A stretch of DNA of 64,000 bases from Isurus oxyrinchus (GCA_026770705.1 JANJGN010000002.1:49910001-49974000); one strand, 5' to 3'. Numbered from the stretch's first letter, positions 52,188 through 63,762 are shown. The notes: generated from the letters alone by a model not told the origin. Program-made: numbers and translations.

Positions 52188-54950
52188 TGTTTATGTTCCT
52201 GACATGACTGGTGATGAGAATGACAATTGGTTGAACAGGGTTTCCAGTTAAATGGCTCCCAGGCTGGACTTGCTGGATTTTAAATAATATTGTAATCAAT
52301 TGCTTTGAATAATATGACCTGCTGATTGAATATTAGGGTGTGTGGAACTGTTAAGGATAATGTGGGACTGGGAAAATAGTTCCACACACCTTATGATATA
52401 AGTGTAGGAGTCAGCCTGGTAAAGGTCAGCATGAAGATAGCACCTAATCAGGGCTGTATCCTGTATATATGTATATAGCTATATGTTATTAATGAACAGT
52501 TATTGTTTAATCGTATAAGCCTCTAGACCTCTGCATGAGACAACATTCAACCTTAAAACATGGTGGAAGCAGGTGAATGACCCTTAAATTCCTAAGAATG
52601 AAGAAGTAAAGAAACTGCGGTCTGACCTGAAAGAAACACATCTAACTTGAAGACCTCAAATACACAGCTGGAGATTGCTTATGCAGCTCCATTACAGGCA
52701 CGGAGGCTGAAGGGCAGAGGGAAGATCAACTGTGCAGTGTAATAGAATTCCACCAGAGCACGTGGAGGTCTGTTGTGAGACCCAATCAAAAGCATAATCA
52801 AAGGACTAGCCTGATTGCAAAGGGGTGAGAAGATTCTAAAAAAAGTCAGCCTCAACTCGATTCTCCAAGCTCAGGAAAGCAACTAGCTGGCCAAAACAAT
52901 TCATTCAAAATATTTTCTGCAGGATCACTGAAGTTTAAAATGGCTCCTTAACAGCGTCGGGAGTAAGGTAAATTGTCATAAACGCAGGAAGAAGAAAAAA
53001 CGATTATAGCAGTGCCATTTAAAAAAAATTAAAGCTGCATTCCCCTGTGCTGAAAACAGCCATGTAAATCAATACTCCCAGGCCAATTAAGGCAGATGGA
53101 AGGGCCTGACCAGGTGCAAAATCATGTGTTATGGAGAAGATAGTTATGGTATATGATTGCAACAGGCTTGAATAAGAAAACAGAGGCTGAACAAATGTAT
53201 ACACTATTATATTCAGTGGGTCTAATTGCCAATGATATTACTGCCAGACAAGAAATAAATGAATCTCCCAATAACTTTGCAGAAGTCATGAAGTCCTTTG
53301 AAACCCACTTTAACCCAAGAAGCAAAGTTTTGGGGTGAGCAATATTTAACAAGAGAGTCCAAAAGTCCGGGGAACCTGCAGACTCTTTCATAAGTGAATT
53401 ATCCAGATTGGCTGAAGGCTGTGGTGACCTTAAGTTGGACCCCATAAGAGGCTGAATGGTAGCGGGTGTGGCTGATAGTACTCTTTTGGGTGTATTCCAA
53501 TCTAAAGAAGATATGGCTCTGGAAAAGGCCACCCAAATTGTCAGACATTTGGAAATCATCAGAAAAACTGATCCATTTTGTGTGGTGAAGTTAAACCATG
53601 GTACAGCATAACCCCAACAGTCTAGCTCATAAAGCAGCAAAAGGGCAAAGAGATTCCAGGGCATGGAAAGCAATACCCAAGAAAAATACAAGATTGTAGC
53701 AGACCACGTCAGTGCTGTGGCACCAAAAGACCTCACAGGCATGAGCAGTGTCCAGCAATCACTGTGCAGTGCTTTCACTGCAACCACTTGGGACACTTTA
53801 GAAAGATGTATAAGCCCAAAGCACAAGATGTGTGGAGGATCCCAAACGAGTTCTTGAGATAGATGAGCCACATCAAAAAGAAACATCAACAATGTTTCTT
53901 GGGAGAAATAAGGATCCCAGTACACATGTTGGAATACTGACATATCTGTAAATGGTCACCTCATGAATTTTAAGTTAGACATAGAAGCCTGTGTGACAGT
54001 CCTGTCAGATCAGGCACTGTGGCTAAAAGACCTCTGCCTACGGACGACAGGCACACGACTGTATGGTCCAGGAGGAATAAACTACCAGTCATAGGCATGA
54101 TCCAAAAGCTGTTCCAGTATGGCAACAAGCAAATAATCAAAATTCTGCATGTCATCCGTAATCAACCCTTTTCTGTCCTCAGCAGAGATGACTATGTTGC
54201 CCTCAACCTCTTCAAAATGGCAGAAGACGTCAAAACAACCAGGGTAGCCAATTACACTGAATTAGGTCCTAATGATGATCTTGATTAGGCCTTCAGTTTA
54301 GAATTGTCCTCACTCTTTGTAGAGGCAGTTATTCCAGCTCCTTTACAGATGGCAAAAAATACTCTTCTTTGTTCAGACCAGGCAAACCTACAGATGAGCA
54401 CCAACATACTTAAAACAGAGGATACAGAGGAGAAGGAGCAGCAGCAGAAGGTTGAACCCGAACTTCAGAGCTGCAGTTACAGGACCAGGAAAACTACAGC
54501 AATGAGGCTGGACCTTCAAGCTCACTTGCATAACACAAAGTTAATCCTGAGCAGGAGAGAAATGACCACCAACTCACCAAGACAAGACTCACGGAGGCAC
54601 AAGTGCACTTGAAGAAAGAGAGCAAAGCATTAGGAGCTGAACTGCAGATTGAGTTCAAGGTTGAGAAACATACAAACATAAAGGAGGTAAATCTTCAACG
54701 CCCAGGAAGAACATGGCAGACCTCATTGAAAAAAAAACATGAGTCCTCTCTATGGAAGAACAGAGCGAGCATTCCCTTAAGAAGGAGAGAGATAAGCTCA
54801 TGCTTTCTGACCAAGGAAGACAGACTATTAACAAAGGCAAAAACAACACTAAGGAGCACAGGAAGCAAATTAGATGTTGACACCCAAGTATTCAAACACC
54901 AAGTATTACAACTTCAACTCCAGACCAACAAAGTCAAGGATTAATGAGGA
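52188..54950 (+). mobile_element. Gypsy LTR retroelement remnant: LTR, PBS, gag and protease; no RT or integrase
   Basis: LTR ends taaaaCA at 52560 followed by PBS TGGTGGAAGC; gag EQMYTLLYSVG...FETHFNP...FNKRVQKSGEPADSFISELSRLAEGC; knuckle CFHCNHLGHF; protease VNGHLMNFKLDIEACVTVL. The LTR start is approximate. Confidence 0.85.
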
Positions 54951-54977
54951 ACTGGGGAAACTTAGTGGAATGCTATA

Positions 54978-55910
54978 AAGATCAGTGCTGGGGCTCAGCT
55001 ATTTACAATCTATGTTATTGGCTTGGATGAAGAGACTGAGAGTAATGTATCAAAGTTTGCTGATAACAAAGCTAACTGGGAATATAAGCTGTGAGGAGGA
55101 CACAAAGAGGCTGCAAATAGATATAGACAGGTCAAGTGAGTGGACAACAAGGCAGCAGATGGAGTAAAATGTGGGGAAGTGTGAGGTTATTTATCTTGGT
55201 AGTAAGAATAGAAAAACAGAATATTTTTAAAAGGCATGAAACTTTTAAATGTAGTTTTAAGAAACTTGGGTGCACTTGTATAAGGAACTCAGAAAGCTAG
55301 TTTGCAGATATAACAAGCAAGGCAAGTAGCATGTTGGCCGTTATTGCAAGGGGATTGGAGTACAAGAATAAAGAAGTCTTGCTACAATTGCACAAGGCTT
55401 TGGGGAGACCATATCTGTGTGCAGTATTGATCTGCATATTTAAGGAAGGATATCCTTACATTAGAAGTGGTATGGTGAAGGTTCAAAAGATTGTTACCTA
55501 GCATGAGAGGGTTTTGGTATGATGAGAGACTAAGTAAATTGGGCATATGCAGTCTAGTTCAGAAGAAGGAGAGGTGACCTCACTAAAACATACAAGATTC
55601 AGAAGGGACTTGACAGTGTAGCCACCAAGAGGTTATTTCTCCTGGCTGTGGAATCCAGATGACATGGGCATGGTTTCAGGAAAGGGGGTTTTGGGACTGA
55701 GATGAGGAGAAATTGCTTAACTCAAGGTTTATGAATCTTTTGAAAGAGTGTGTGGATGTTCCATCGTTTGGTATATTTAAGGCTGAGATAGATAGATCTT
55801 TGGTCTCTCAGGGAATCTAGGGATATGGGAAGCATTCGGGTAAGTGCAGCTGAGGCAGATTAACTATGAATGGCATAGCAGGCTCAAGGGACCATATGGT
55901 CTACTGTCTG
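54978..55910 (+). mobile_element. CR1 LINE 3' fragment
   Basis: aagtttgctgata (FAD), EEDTKRLQIDIDR and the CR1 tail. Confidence 0.88.
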
Positions 55911-56074
55911 CCTTAACAAACACTATCCCGGCCTTTGTGTTCTGTAAATGAGAATTCACGTGAGGACAGGAGTTTACCTTACAGTATAAAGAGGTTACAC
56001 TCTCTGCCTATTATATTAACATTGGCGCTGAGAGGAGAGAAACTTATTCTAATGGATTATGAGCAGTACTTATC

Positions 56075-56290
56075 AGAACTGACTGACTGACCAGCAGGTA
56101 ATTGCCATCACTGAAGGTAAAACTGGATGACAGTCAACATGAGAATAGTTGACAACAAAAGGGGAAAGTGGAGAAACTGAGAGCAATGAAAATAGGAAAT
56201 GAATGTCACTGAAAGCAGGGAATGAATGGTGATGAAATGGGGCAAACAGAGAAATGGGTAGCAATGAAATAGCAAATGCATGGCACTTAA
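56075..56290 (-). mobile_element. Possible Penelope-like tail fragment
   Basis: Purine-rich tail resembling 14420-14620. Confidence 0.4.
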
Positions 56291-56295
56291 AGATG

Positions 56296-56785
56296 AAATA
56301 TTTTCCACATGCCTGGATTGGTGTAGCTTCAACGACACTTAAGAAACTTGGCACCATCCAGGACAGATCAGTCCACTTGATCAACACTATATTCACTAGC
56401 TTAAACATCCACTCTTTCCATCACTGGTGTATTGTGGTTGCAGTGGCCACTACCGACAATTCGCACTGCAGAAAACCATCAAGGCTTCCTCAGATGCTGT
56501 TCCAAATCTGTGGCTTCTGCTATCTAAAAGGTCAAAGTTACAAGGCAACTCTAAAACATTCAAGATCCCCTCCAATCACACACCATTCTGACTTAAATGT
56601 ATATGGCCATTCCTTCATTGTCATGGGATCAAAATCATGGAACTGCCTACCTAACCACCTATTGAGGGTAACTTCACCATATCGAATGCAGCAGTTCAAA
56701 AAGAAGGTTCACCCCTATCTTCTCAAAGGAAATTAAAGTTGTGCAGAACGTTCAGTGACACCCAAATCCTAAAGAATGATTTTTA
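56296..56785 (+). mobile_element. HER1 LINE 3' fragment (old, sense)
   Basis: YFPHAWIGVASTTLKKLGTIQDRSVHLI...GSKSWNCLPN...QQFKKKVHPYLLKGN. Confidence 0.85.
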
Positions 56786-57466
56786 ACAAGTGAAAGGAGG
56801 AAAAGGATGGCAATGAAAGGAGGAGTATCAATATGTATTGGGAGTGTTGGAGGAGGAAGCATGTCTCTATGAAATTGTACAGGGTAGCGTCTCAATGAAC
56901 TGCATCAGGGGCAAGCACAATTTCTTTGTGAACTGAGATGGAGGGATTAACAGTCATGCTAATTTATGGTTAATGATGGTCTAATATCACTGTTATATTA
57001 AGATTAAAATCATGCAAATGGGAAATATAAAAGCACTTAAATTAAACAACATGTATCATTTTTAATTTAGCGATTGAAAATTTGATAATATAGTGACCTG
57101 GTTTTGATGGACCTGTTATGACTTTTTAATTTAAAATTATGTGTATTATATCTGCTTAGGTATATCAGTAACAAGCCAATTATACAGGTTACATTGTATT
57201 GTACTGCTTTCTGTTCTTCCTTGATACACATTAAATAGTATAATTTAAGTACAAAGTTGCTCAACCAAATTTAAACAGATGGTGTGAGATCAATTTTAGA
57301 AGGTGTTACATTATCTAGTTTCATTATTATTGCAAATAAATACCAGATAGAAAATACTTATTTTATAGCCACTTTGAAAAAAGCAGTTCATTGTTGCAAG
57401 TATATGCATGTTTTCTGGTGTGTATGGAATAGATAAGTGATTTATTAACATGTCTATTCATTACAG

Positions 57467-57609
57467 CTTGTTGCCCAATCCGACAACAGCCATTAGCTAT
57501 TTAGCAACAGGTCTTCATCCATGTACAACCTATGACTTCAGACTGGTTACTTCCAATGGACATGGTAGTACCATTAGTGACTGGACACGGATAGTTACCT
57601 CAGAAGATA
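57467..57609 (+). CDS. USH2A: Usherin internal coding exon (equivalent to human exon 40), C-terminal half of the FN3 domain
   Basis: ttacag acceptor and GTAAGT donor at 57610; 143 nt, in phase with the previous exon (GA|C = Asp). Translates LLPNPTTAISYLATGLHPCTTYDFRLVTSNGHGSTISDWTRIVTSED, compared with human LFSNPSASLSYEVSDLQPYTEYMFRLVASNGFGSAHSSWIPFMTAED. Confidence 0.95.
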
Positions 57610-58879
57610 GTAAGTATGCTGTACACTGTAGGGATATAGCCAAAACATTGACTAACTTAATTCCTAAAGATTATAACATATCAATAATAGTGGGTAGATA
57701 TTCTTATGAAATATCTGGAAATTATATCAATATTTTAAAATGTAAGAATTTTTTAAAGTAATCATTTAAGGTACTTTTTAGATCCTATTTTTAAGATCAA
57801 AGTGTATGTATAAATGATTATTATTCTGGATACCAGCTGCAACCATGAGTAACCATTGAACTGATCCATGAAATGTTTAAACTTTTCACCCCATTTTTAA
57901 AGTCAATTGCTTTTATTTTCTGACCTAATTCCAACAACAATTTACTTAAGATAATATAGTGTAATTTCTCTTTTTCTCTTTCCACACTATAAGCTTAAAC
58001 CTCACCTGCACATGTTCTGTGATTTTTTTTACAGAGAGCAGAAAACAAAATTCTAATTCATTGGCAACTACCTATATATTAGGATTATTCTTTTAGTTTG
58101 TGCACTTAGGTCATCCAAGAAGGGATTTGCTGCCCGCATCCTGTGTCTCACCACTTCTCACTCCCCCTCACCCCCCCCAACCCTAACACCCACCCCAGAT
58201 CCCACCACTGCAGTATTTTTCTCCTACCTTCCACAGAAGCCTTGTGAGGATGCAAACCTGTTCAGCGAGAATAGGATTTGAACTTGAGTTTCCTATAGAC
58301 TAATTAATCACTTTTAGTGTGGTCCCTGCAGGTCTGCCCAATATCACAGCATGTCTTAAAAAACATATTAAAATAACAACATGTCTTTCAGAGCTTCACT
58401 GTTATTAATTTTTAAGAGCAGAGTTGAAACACAATAATAAAAAGTGTAGCTCATATTAACTGCTGTTGCCCCTGATTGATTTGTCATTAAATAATACTTC
58501 TGCACTAAAAATCAATTATATCTTTCACATATTTATTCTTCAGAGAATTTTAAAAGCAGCATCTATACTGTGAATAGAGTATTGCAAATGTCTGTATTTA
58601 GGGAAGAACATGTGTAGAAGTTTGCATGATGCCTGTTACCTGGATGTGGACAAGGGTGGTTGCATTTCTTATTGAGAGAAACAAGCTTAATAGGACCAAA
58701 GTTCAACAACTTTATTCAATAAATCACTGAATTTTTGAGACCAGAAACTTTTCAGTTTTGATTTTTGGTCTTGGCTAATTTATCTAATCTCAACTGGGTC
58801 AGTTGTAAGGAATTGGGCTTAATGCATTTGGGTTGTAGAAAATCAACTAAAGCTACTGCTCCTGATAACTATCAAGCTA

Positions 58880-59645
58880 ACTTCACTTTGGCAGGAAAAA
58901 TAAAAAAGCAGAGTATTACTTAAACAGAGAACAGGTGCAGAAATCCATGATGCAGAGGGAGCTAGGTGTTCTAGTGCACGAGTCACACAAAGTTAGTATG
59001 GAAGTAATTAAGAAGGCTAATGGATGCTCTTTTTTATTACAAGAGGAATTGAACATAAAAGTAAGGATGTTATGCTTCAGTTAATCATGGGCATTGGTAA
59101 GACCACATCTCAAATATTGCGTGCAGTTTTGGTCTCCTTATTTAAGGAAGGATGTAAATGTGTTGAAGGCGGTTCAAGATTAACACTTGGAATGAGTGGG
59201 TTGTCGTATGAGGAAAGGTTAGACAGATTGGGCTTGTTTCCACTGGAGTTTAGAAGATTGAGGGGTGACTTGATTGAAGTATACGAGGTCCTGAATGGTA
59301 TTGGCAAGGTGGACATAGTTTCCTCTTGTGGGTCAGTCCAGAACTAGGGGGCACTGTTTTAAAAATAGGGGTTGGCCTTTTAAGACAGAGATGAGGAGAA
59401 TTTTTTTCTCTGAGGGTTGTGCGACTTCGGAACTCTCTGCCTCCGAAGGTGATGGAGGCTGAGTCATTGAATATATTTAAGGCAGAGGTAGTTAGATTCT
59501 TGTTAGGCATGGGAATCAAAGGTGGACATGGATGGGAATGTGTAATTCAAAACACAAACAGACCAGCCATCGTCTTATTGAATGGCGGAGTTGGCGCGAG
59601 AGGCCGAATGGCCTACTTCTTTTCCTATTTTGTATGTTCATATGA
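58880..59645 (+). mobile_element. CR1 LINE 3' fragment (inserted in an older SINE-like repeat)
   Basis: GLSYEERLDRLGLFPLEFRRLRGDLIEVY followed by the CR1 tail. Confidence 0.9.
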
Positions 59646-60282
59646 CCCCTGCTAGAAGTGCATATGTGTGGATGTGAGGTGAGGACAGGATAAGCTTGGC
59701 TTTAGTGCCTCCACATTAGAAGAGCTTACTTGCTATTAAGGTTTGCAGGCGGATGTAGTATCGGAGTGTAATTAGCACTCATGGAATCATATCTAACAAA
59801 CAAGCAACAACTTGAGGAAAGAAGAGGAGCGAGAATTGTGGTGAGACAAAAACATGAATGAGATCATGTTACACTTTAGGTTTGTGATCCTTGTGTATCT
59901 CCATCTGTTGCCTCATTTGTTCCCTTCTCCACTGATAGCACTGTCTCATGTTGTGGTACATCGCCAGCTTTCCTGGACTTTACCAAAAGGTTACGTTTCA
60001 TATCTGAGCCTATTCAATGCATGTTAGCAAGCTCGTTTACCATAGCAAACATCATAGTTAAGCCATGTGTAGCCCTTGGCTGACATCTACACATTAGGTA
60101 GCAAACAAGAATGGGAACCCTGATTGATTGTTTTTTTTCCTTGCCCAGGGATATTGAACTCAACTATATTAAGCAGCTGATTACTTTGATCACCTTATTT
60201 TATATGTACAGTTGTGTAATCGTACTGACCATTATTAAATGACAAATCACATTGGGGATGGATGGGTGAAAAGAACAACATA

Positions 60283-60615
60283 GGCCAGGATTTTTCAGTC
60301 GGCGTATGGGAGTCGGCCCAACATGCCCGCCGATATGTAAATGGCCTATTAAGGCTATTAAGAAAGTAATTGATATAATTGTTAATGCTGCTGTCCAACT
60401 TTAAGATTGGCGGGCAGGCAAAAAGGCAAAGCGGCCTTCACATTTTTTAGGAAAAGATTTCCTAAAGCTTTTATGAAATACATGCATTGTTTTTCCTAAA
60501 TATAAAAACATGTCCCATCTCATGTGACATCGACACATGAGGGGACATGTTTAAATAAATTTTTAAACCTTTAATTTTTTGAACATCGATTTAATCTCCC
60601 TGAGGCAGCTCCGTG
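60283..60615 (+). mobile_element. Harbinger-type multi-hairpin MITE, copy 4 (partial)
   Basis: TIR GGCCAGGATTTT; contains the hairpin aaacatgtccc...gggacatgttt. Confidence 0.75.
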
Positions 60616-61105
60616 ATATTTGGATTATAATAAACTTTTTAGATCTGTAAATGTAATAATCAAAAGAACAGGTTAACAAAAAGTATAATGATTTAGGTTT
60701 TTACAAGAGCTATATAAGTAAAAGGGACATTGTTACTGGTGCTTTAAGAACATAGGAACGTAAAAAATAAGAGCAGGAGTAGGCCCTTCAGGTTTGCCCC
60801 AACATTCAATACAATCATGGCTGATCATCAGCCTTAAATCCACTTTCCCACCATTTCCTACATCCCTTGATCCCCTAAGAGACCAAAAATCTGTCTATTT
60901 CAGCCTTCAATATACTCAACAATGGAGGTTCCACAACCCAATGGGGTAGAAAATTCCAAAGATTTACAATCCTCCAGGGAAGAAATTTATCATCATCTCA
61001 ACCCTTAATAATTGCCCTCTGAGATTGTGCCTCCATGTTCTAAATTTCCCAGTGAAAGGAAACAAGCTCTCAGCGTCTACCCAACCAACCCCCTTCAGAA
61101 TCCTA

Positions 61106-61319
61106 AGATAAAAGCAAAACACTGCAGATGCTGGAAATCTGAAATAAAACATACAATGCTGGAAAAACTCAGCAGGCCTGACAGCATCTGTGGAGAGAAA
61201 AACAGAGTTAACATTTCAATTCTGTATGACTTCTTCAGAGCTCTGAGAAAGAGTCATATAGTCTCGAAACGTTAACTCTGTTTCTCTCTCCATAGATGCT
61301 GTCAGATCTCCTGAGTTTT
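61106..61319. mobile_element. Penelope-derived inverted-repeat insertion with minimal hammerhead motifs
   Basis: Arms inverted about 61240/61241; 15-bp TSD cccttcagaatccta (61091-61105) and cccttcaggatctta (61320-61334). Confidence 0.8.
61236..61280 (+). ncRNA. Degenerate minimal type I hammerhead ribozyme
   Basis: Stem I CAGAGcT/AaCTCTG, core CTGAgaa, stem II GAGtC/GtCTC, GAAA, palindromic ACGT stem III and GUU cleavage triplet. The core deviates from CUGAnGA. Confidence 0.6.
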
Positions 61320-61601
61320 CCCTTCAGGATCTTATATGTTTCAATGAGATCACCTCTCATTCTTCTAAACCCAAGAGAGTATAGGCCCAATTTACTCTCA
61401 TCATGGGACAACTCTCTCATCCCAGGAAACAATCTTGTGAACCTTCATTGTACTGCCTCTAATGCAAGGAAATCCTTTCCTAAATATGCATACCAAACCT
61501 GTACACAGAACTCCAGGTGGAATTGTCAAATTTTAGTTCTTTAAGCTACCTTAATATTACATTGTAATTTTAGTATCGCCTTTTAGATTAACTCACTCAT
61601 A

Positions 61602-62298
61602 CGGCTGAATTTTCCACCGTCGGCAGGGTTGTTCCGGGGGCAGGGAGGAGCGAGCGGGCAAACCCGATTGGTGCCCCCAGATTGGGTCCGCACCGTCTTT
61701 TTGTGTAGGCGGGCCAATTAAGGCCCACCCAGCGTGATGCTCGCCCAGAAGTGCTGAGCACTCCCTGTGCGGGCGGGGGCAGGGTGGGGGTGGATTCCCT
61801 GAGTCAGGGCCTGCGCTCTTTCACGTATGTGCACGAAAGAGCACAGATTTCTCCCTGTGACACAGAGGTGCCTCAGGGAGTTTAGTTTAACTTTTAAACA
61901 TCTGAATAAAGTAATTAAAAACTTTTAAGACATGTCCCTCATATGAGCTGGGACATGTCAATGAATATTTTTAATAATTTTTATTGAATTTTTAAACGCT
62001 TCATGAAACCTCATCCCGCCTGTGGATGAGGTTTCATAAAAAATACAAAGGCTTCCTGGGTTCTTCACCTGCCCGCCAACCTTAAGATTGGATGGGCAGC
62101 TCATTAACTATTTTAATTAGTTTTTAACAGGCCTTTGACAGTTCGGCGGGTGCGCAGCTGACTTGGCTGCGTGCCTGCTGAACTGAAAATCTAAATGACG
62201 CACGGTGATGTCAGGACACCCGCCCGATGTCACCATGTGTCATTTTACGCATCGGCAAGCGGGCCCCACCCCCACTCGCCGACTGAAAAATTCTTCCT
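61602..62298 (-). mobile_element. Harbinger-type multi-hairpin MITE, copy 5
   Basis: Termini CGGCTGAATTTT and (reverse complement) AGGAAGAATTTT; TSD ATA at 61599-61601 and 62299-62301. Confidence 0.88.
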
Positions 62299-63762
62299 AT
62301 AGTCTATCAATTCCCTTTTAATGAATTTCATCAGCTCAGGCAGGGGAGGGTTAATTGGGAACAGGCTCCTTAAAAAAATCTTGTCACAACCCCCAAATTG
62401 ACACCAGAAGTTTGTAGAGCAGCAGACAGAGTGCCTGCTGTGGCACAATATGATTTCTACATTATCATACACTTCAACTAATAAATGTAAAACTTCCAGT
62501 GGCAGACTCAGTGACCTGTCAATGTAATTACGCCACTCACCTCAACCCTGTGTACATCCACACTTACAAATCTGAGGAGAAGATTTCCATTATTCACTAT
62601 TTTTCATGATATTGTCATTTGAATATATGGAATGCATTTATCATTTCAATATGCATAATGAACAGAACAAATCTTCCAACTTAGTAAATTGCATAAAGCT
62701 CTTTAATAAGAATGCTAAGCCCTGTTAAGCGTACAAAAAGTTAATCAAAATTAATTAATAAGACTGTTCTATCTGAGTTTTTAAAATATCCTCCTTGCTT
62801 CCACAATAATTCAGTTCTGGTCAAGAATGATAAATATTAATAGTTTACTCACAAGCACAATCTACCTCTGTGAAGAAAGCTAGACAAACTTTTGAAAAAA
62901 AATGTATAAGTTTGACCCTGGGATTGGATGATTATATTCATGGCATAACTCAGAAGACACACCTAGAAGACACTTTAGAAAGGAGAATGAATGACATTTC
63001 CCCTAGGCAGTTTAGAATTTCTGGCCGGCAAAGTTTACAGATAACTATTTAACACAACCATGTGACATTTCTGTGTAAACTCTTTTTATCAAAGTGTTTA
63101 CCTTTTCTAATAAATAGCTTTTTACCTTGTTTAGAAGCAACACACACAGAAATGTAGTTTAAGCCCTTTAGCATTTCACTGATCATGAGCTCTATCCTGG
63201 AATGCTTATGATATGACAGCTTTTCAAAACTCACATTTCCCAATGACAAGCCAACTATCTAAATGCTATAGACTTTATTTCCTTCTTATTTTGAAAAAAT
63301 GGTTTAAATGTTCCTTTCTCATTTATGTGATGAATCTCTAATAAAAGTAGTGTGTGTACCTGATTTTTAAACAGGCAATTGTCTTGGGTTAAAATTCTGA
63401 TGCATCAATTAGCCGCTACCAGGAATATCAATTGCAAATTTTTGGACCCCAGCCCACTTTGTTCATTTAAGTTAAGAGACATAAAATTTCAAGTTGGGAG
63501 TTTTTTTTGAAGCTTTAGAATATTTGAAAACCTAGGACATATACGTACAACTATATATTTGCTCATCTGCTTCTCCATTTTTGACTTACCTGTGAAGAAT
63601 GAGAGTGAACCCAGGGCTACCAGTATCTTGTTTTATTCATTCACTTCTGTTTTCTGCTCCTGTCATCAAGATTAGTGTTACCTGTTTTACTCTGATTTTG
63701 CTTTCTGTAACTTAATTGATTTCAGCCACCCCAATTTACCAGTGTTTTGTAAGTGACCTAAT

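Larger units (their letters stand above)
60745..61520 (-). mobile_element. CR1 LINE 3' fragment (antisense), interrupted by a Penelope-derived insert
   Basis: MFPGMRELS...LGLYSLGFRRMRGDLIETYKILKG on the minus strand; tail at about 60745. Confidence 0.88.

Noticed and set aside
53122-53943. Longest ORF in the track (273 aa, minus strand)
   Set aside because: Antisense shadow of the decayed Gypsy gag, with no recognisable protein features.
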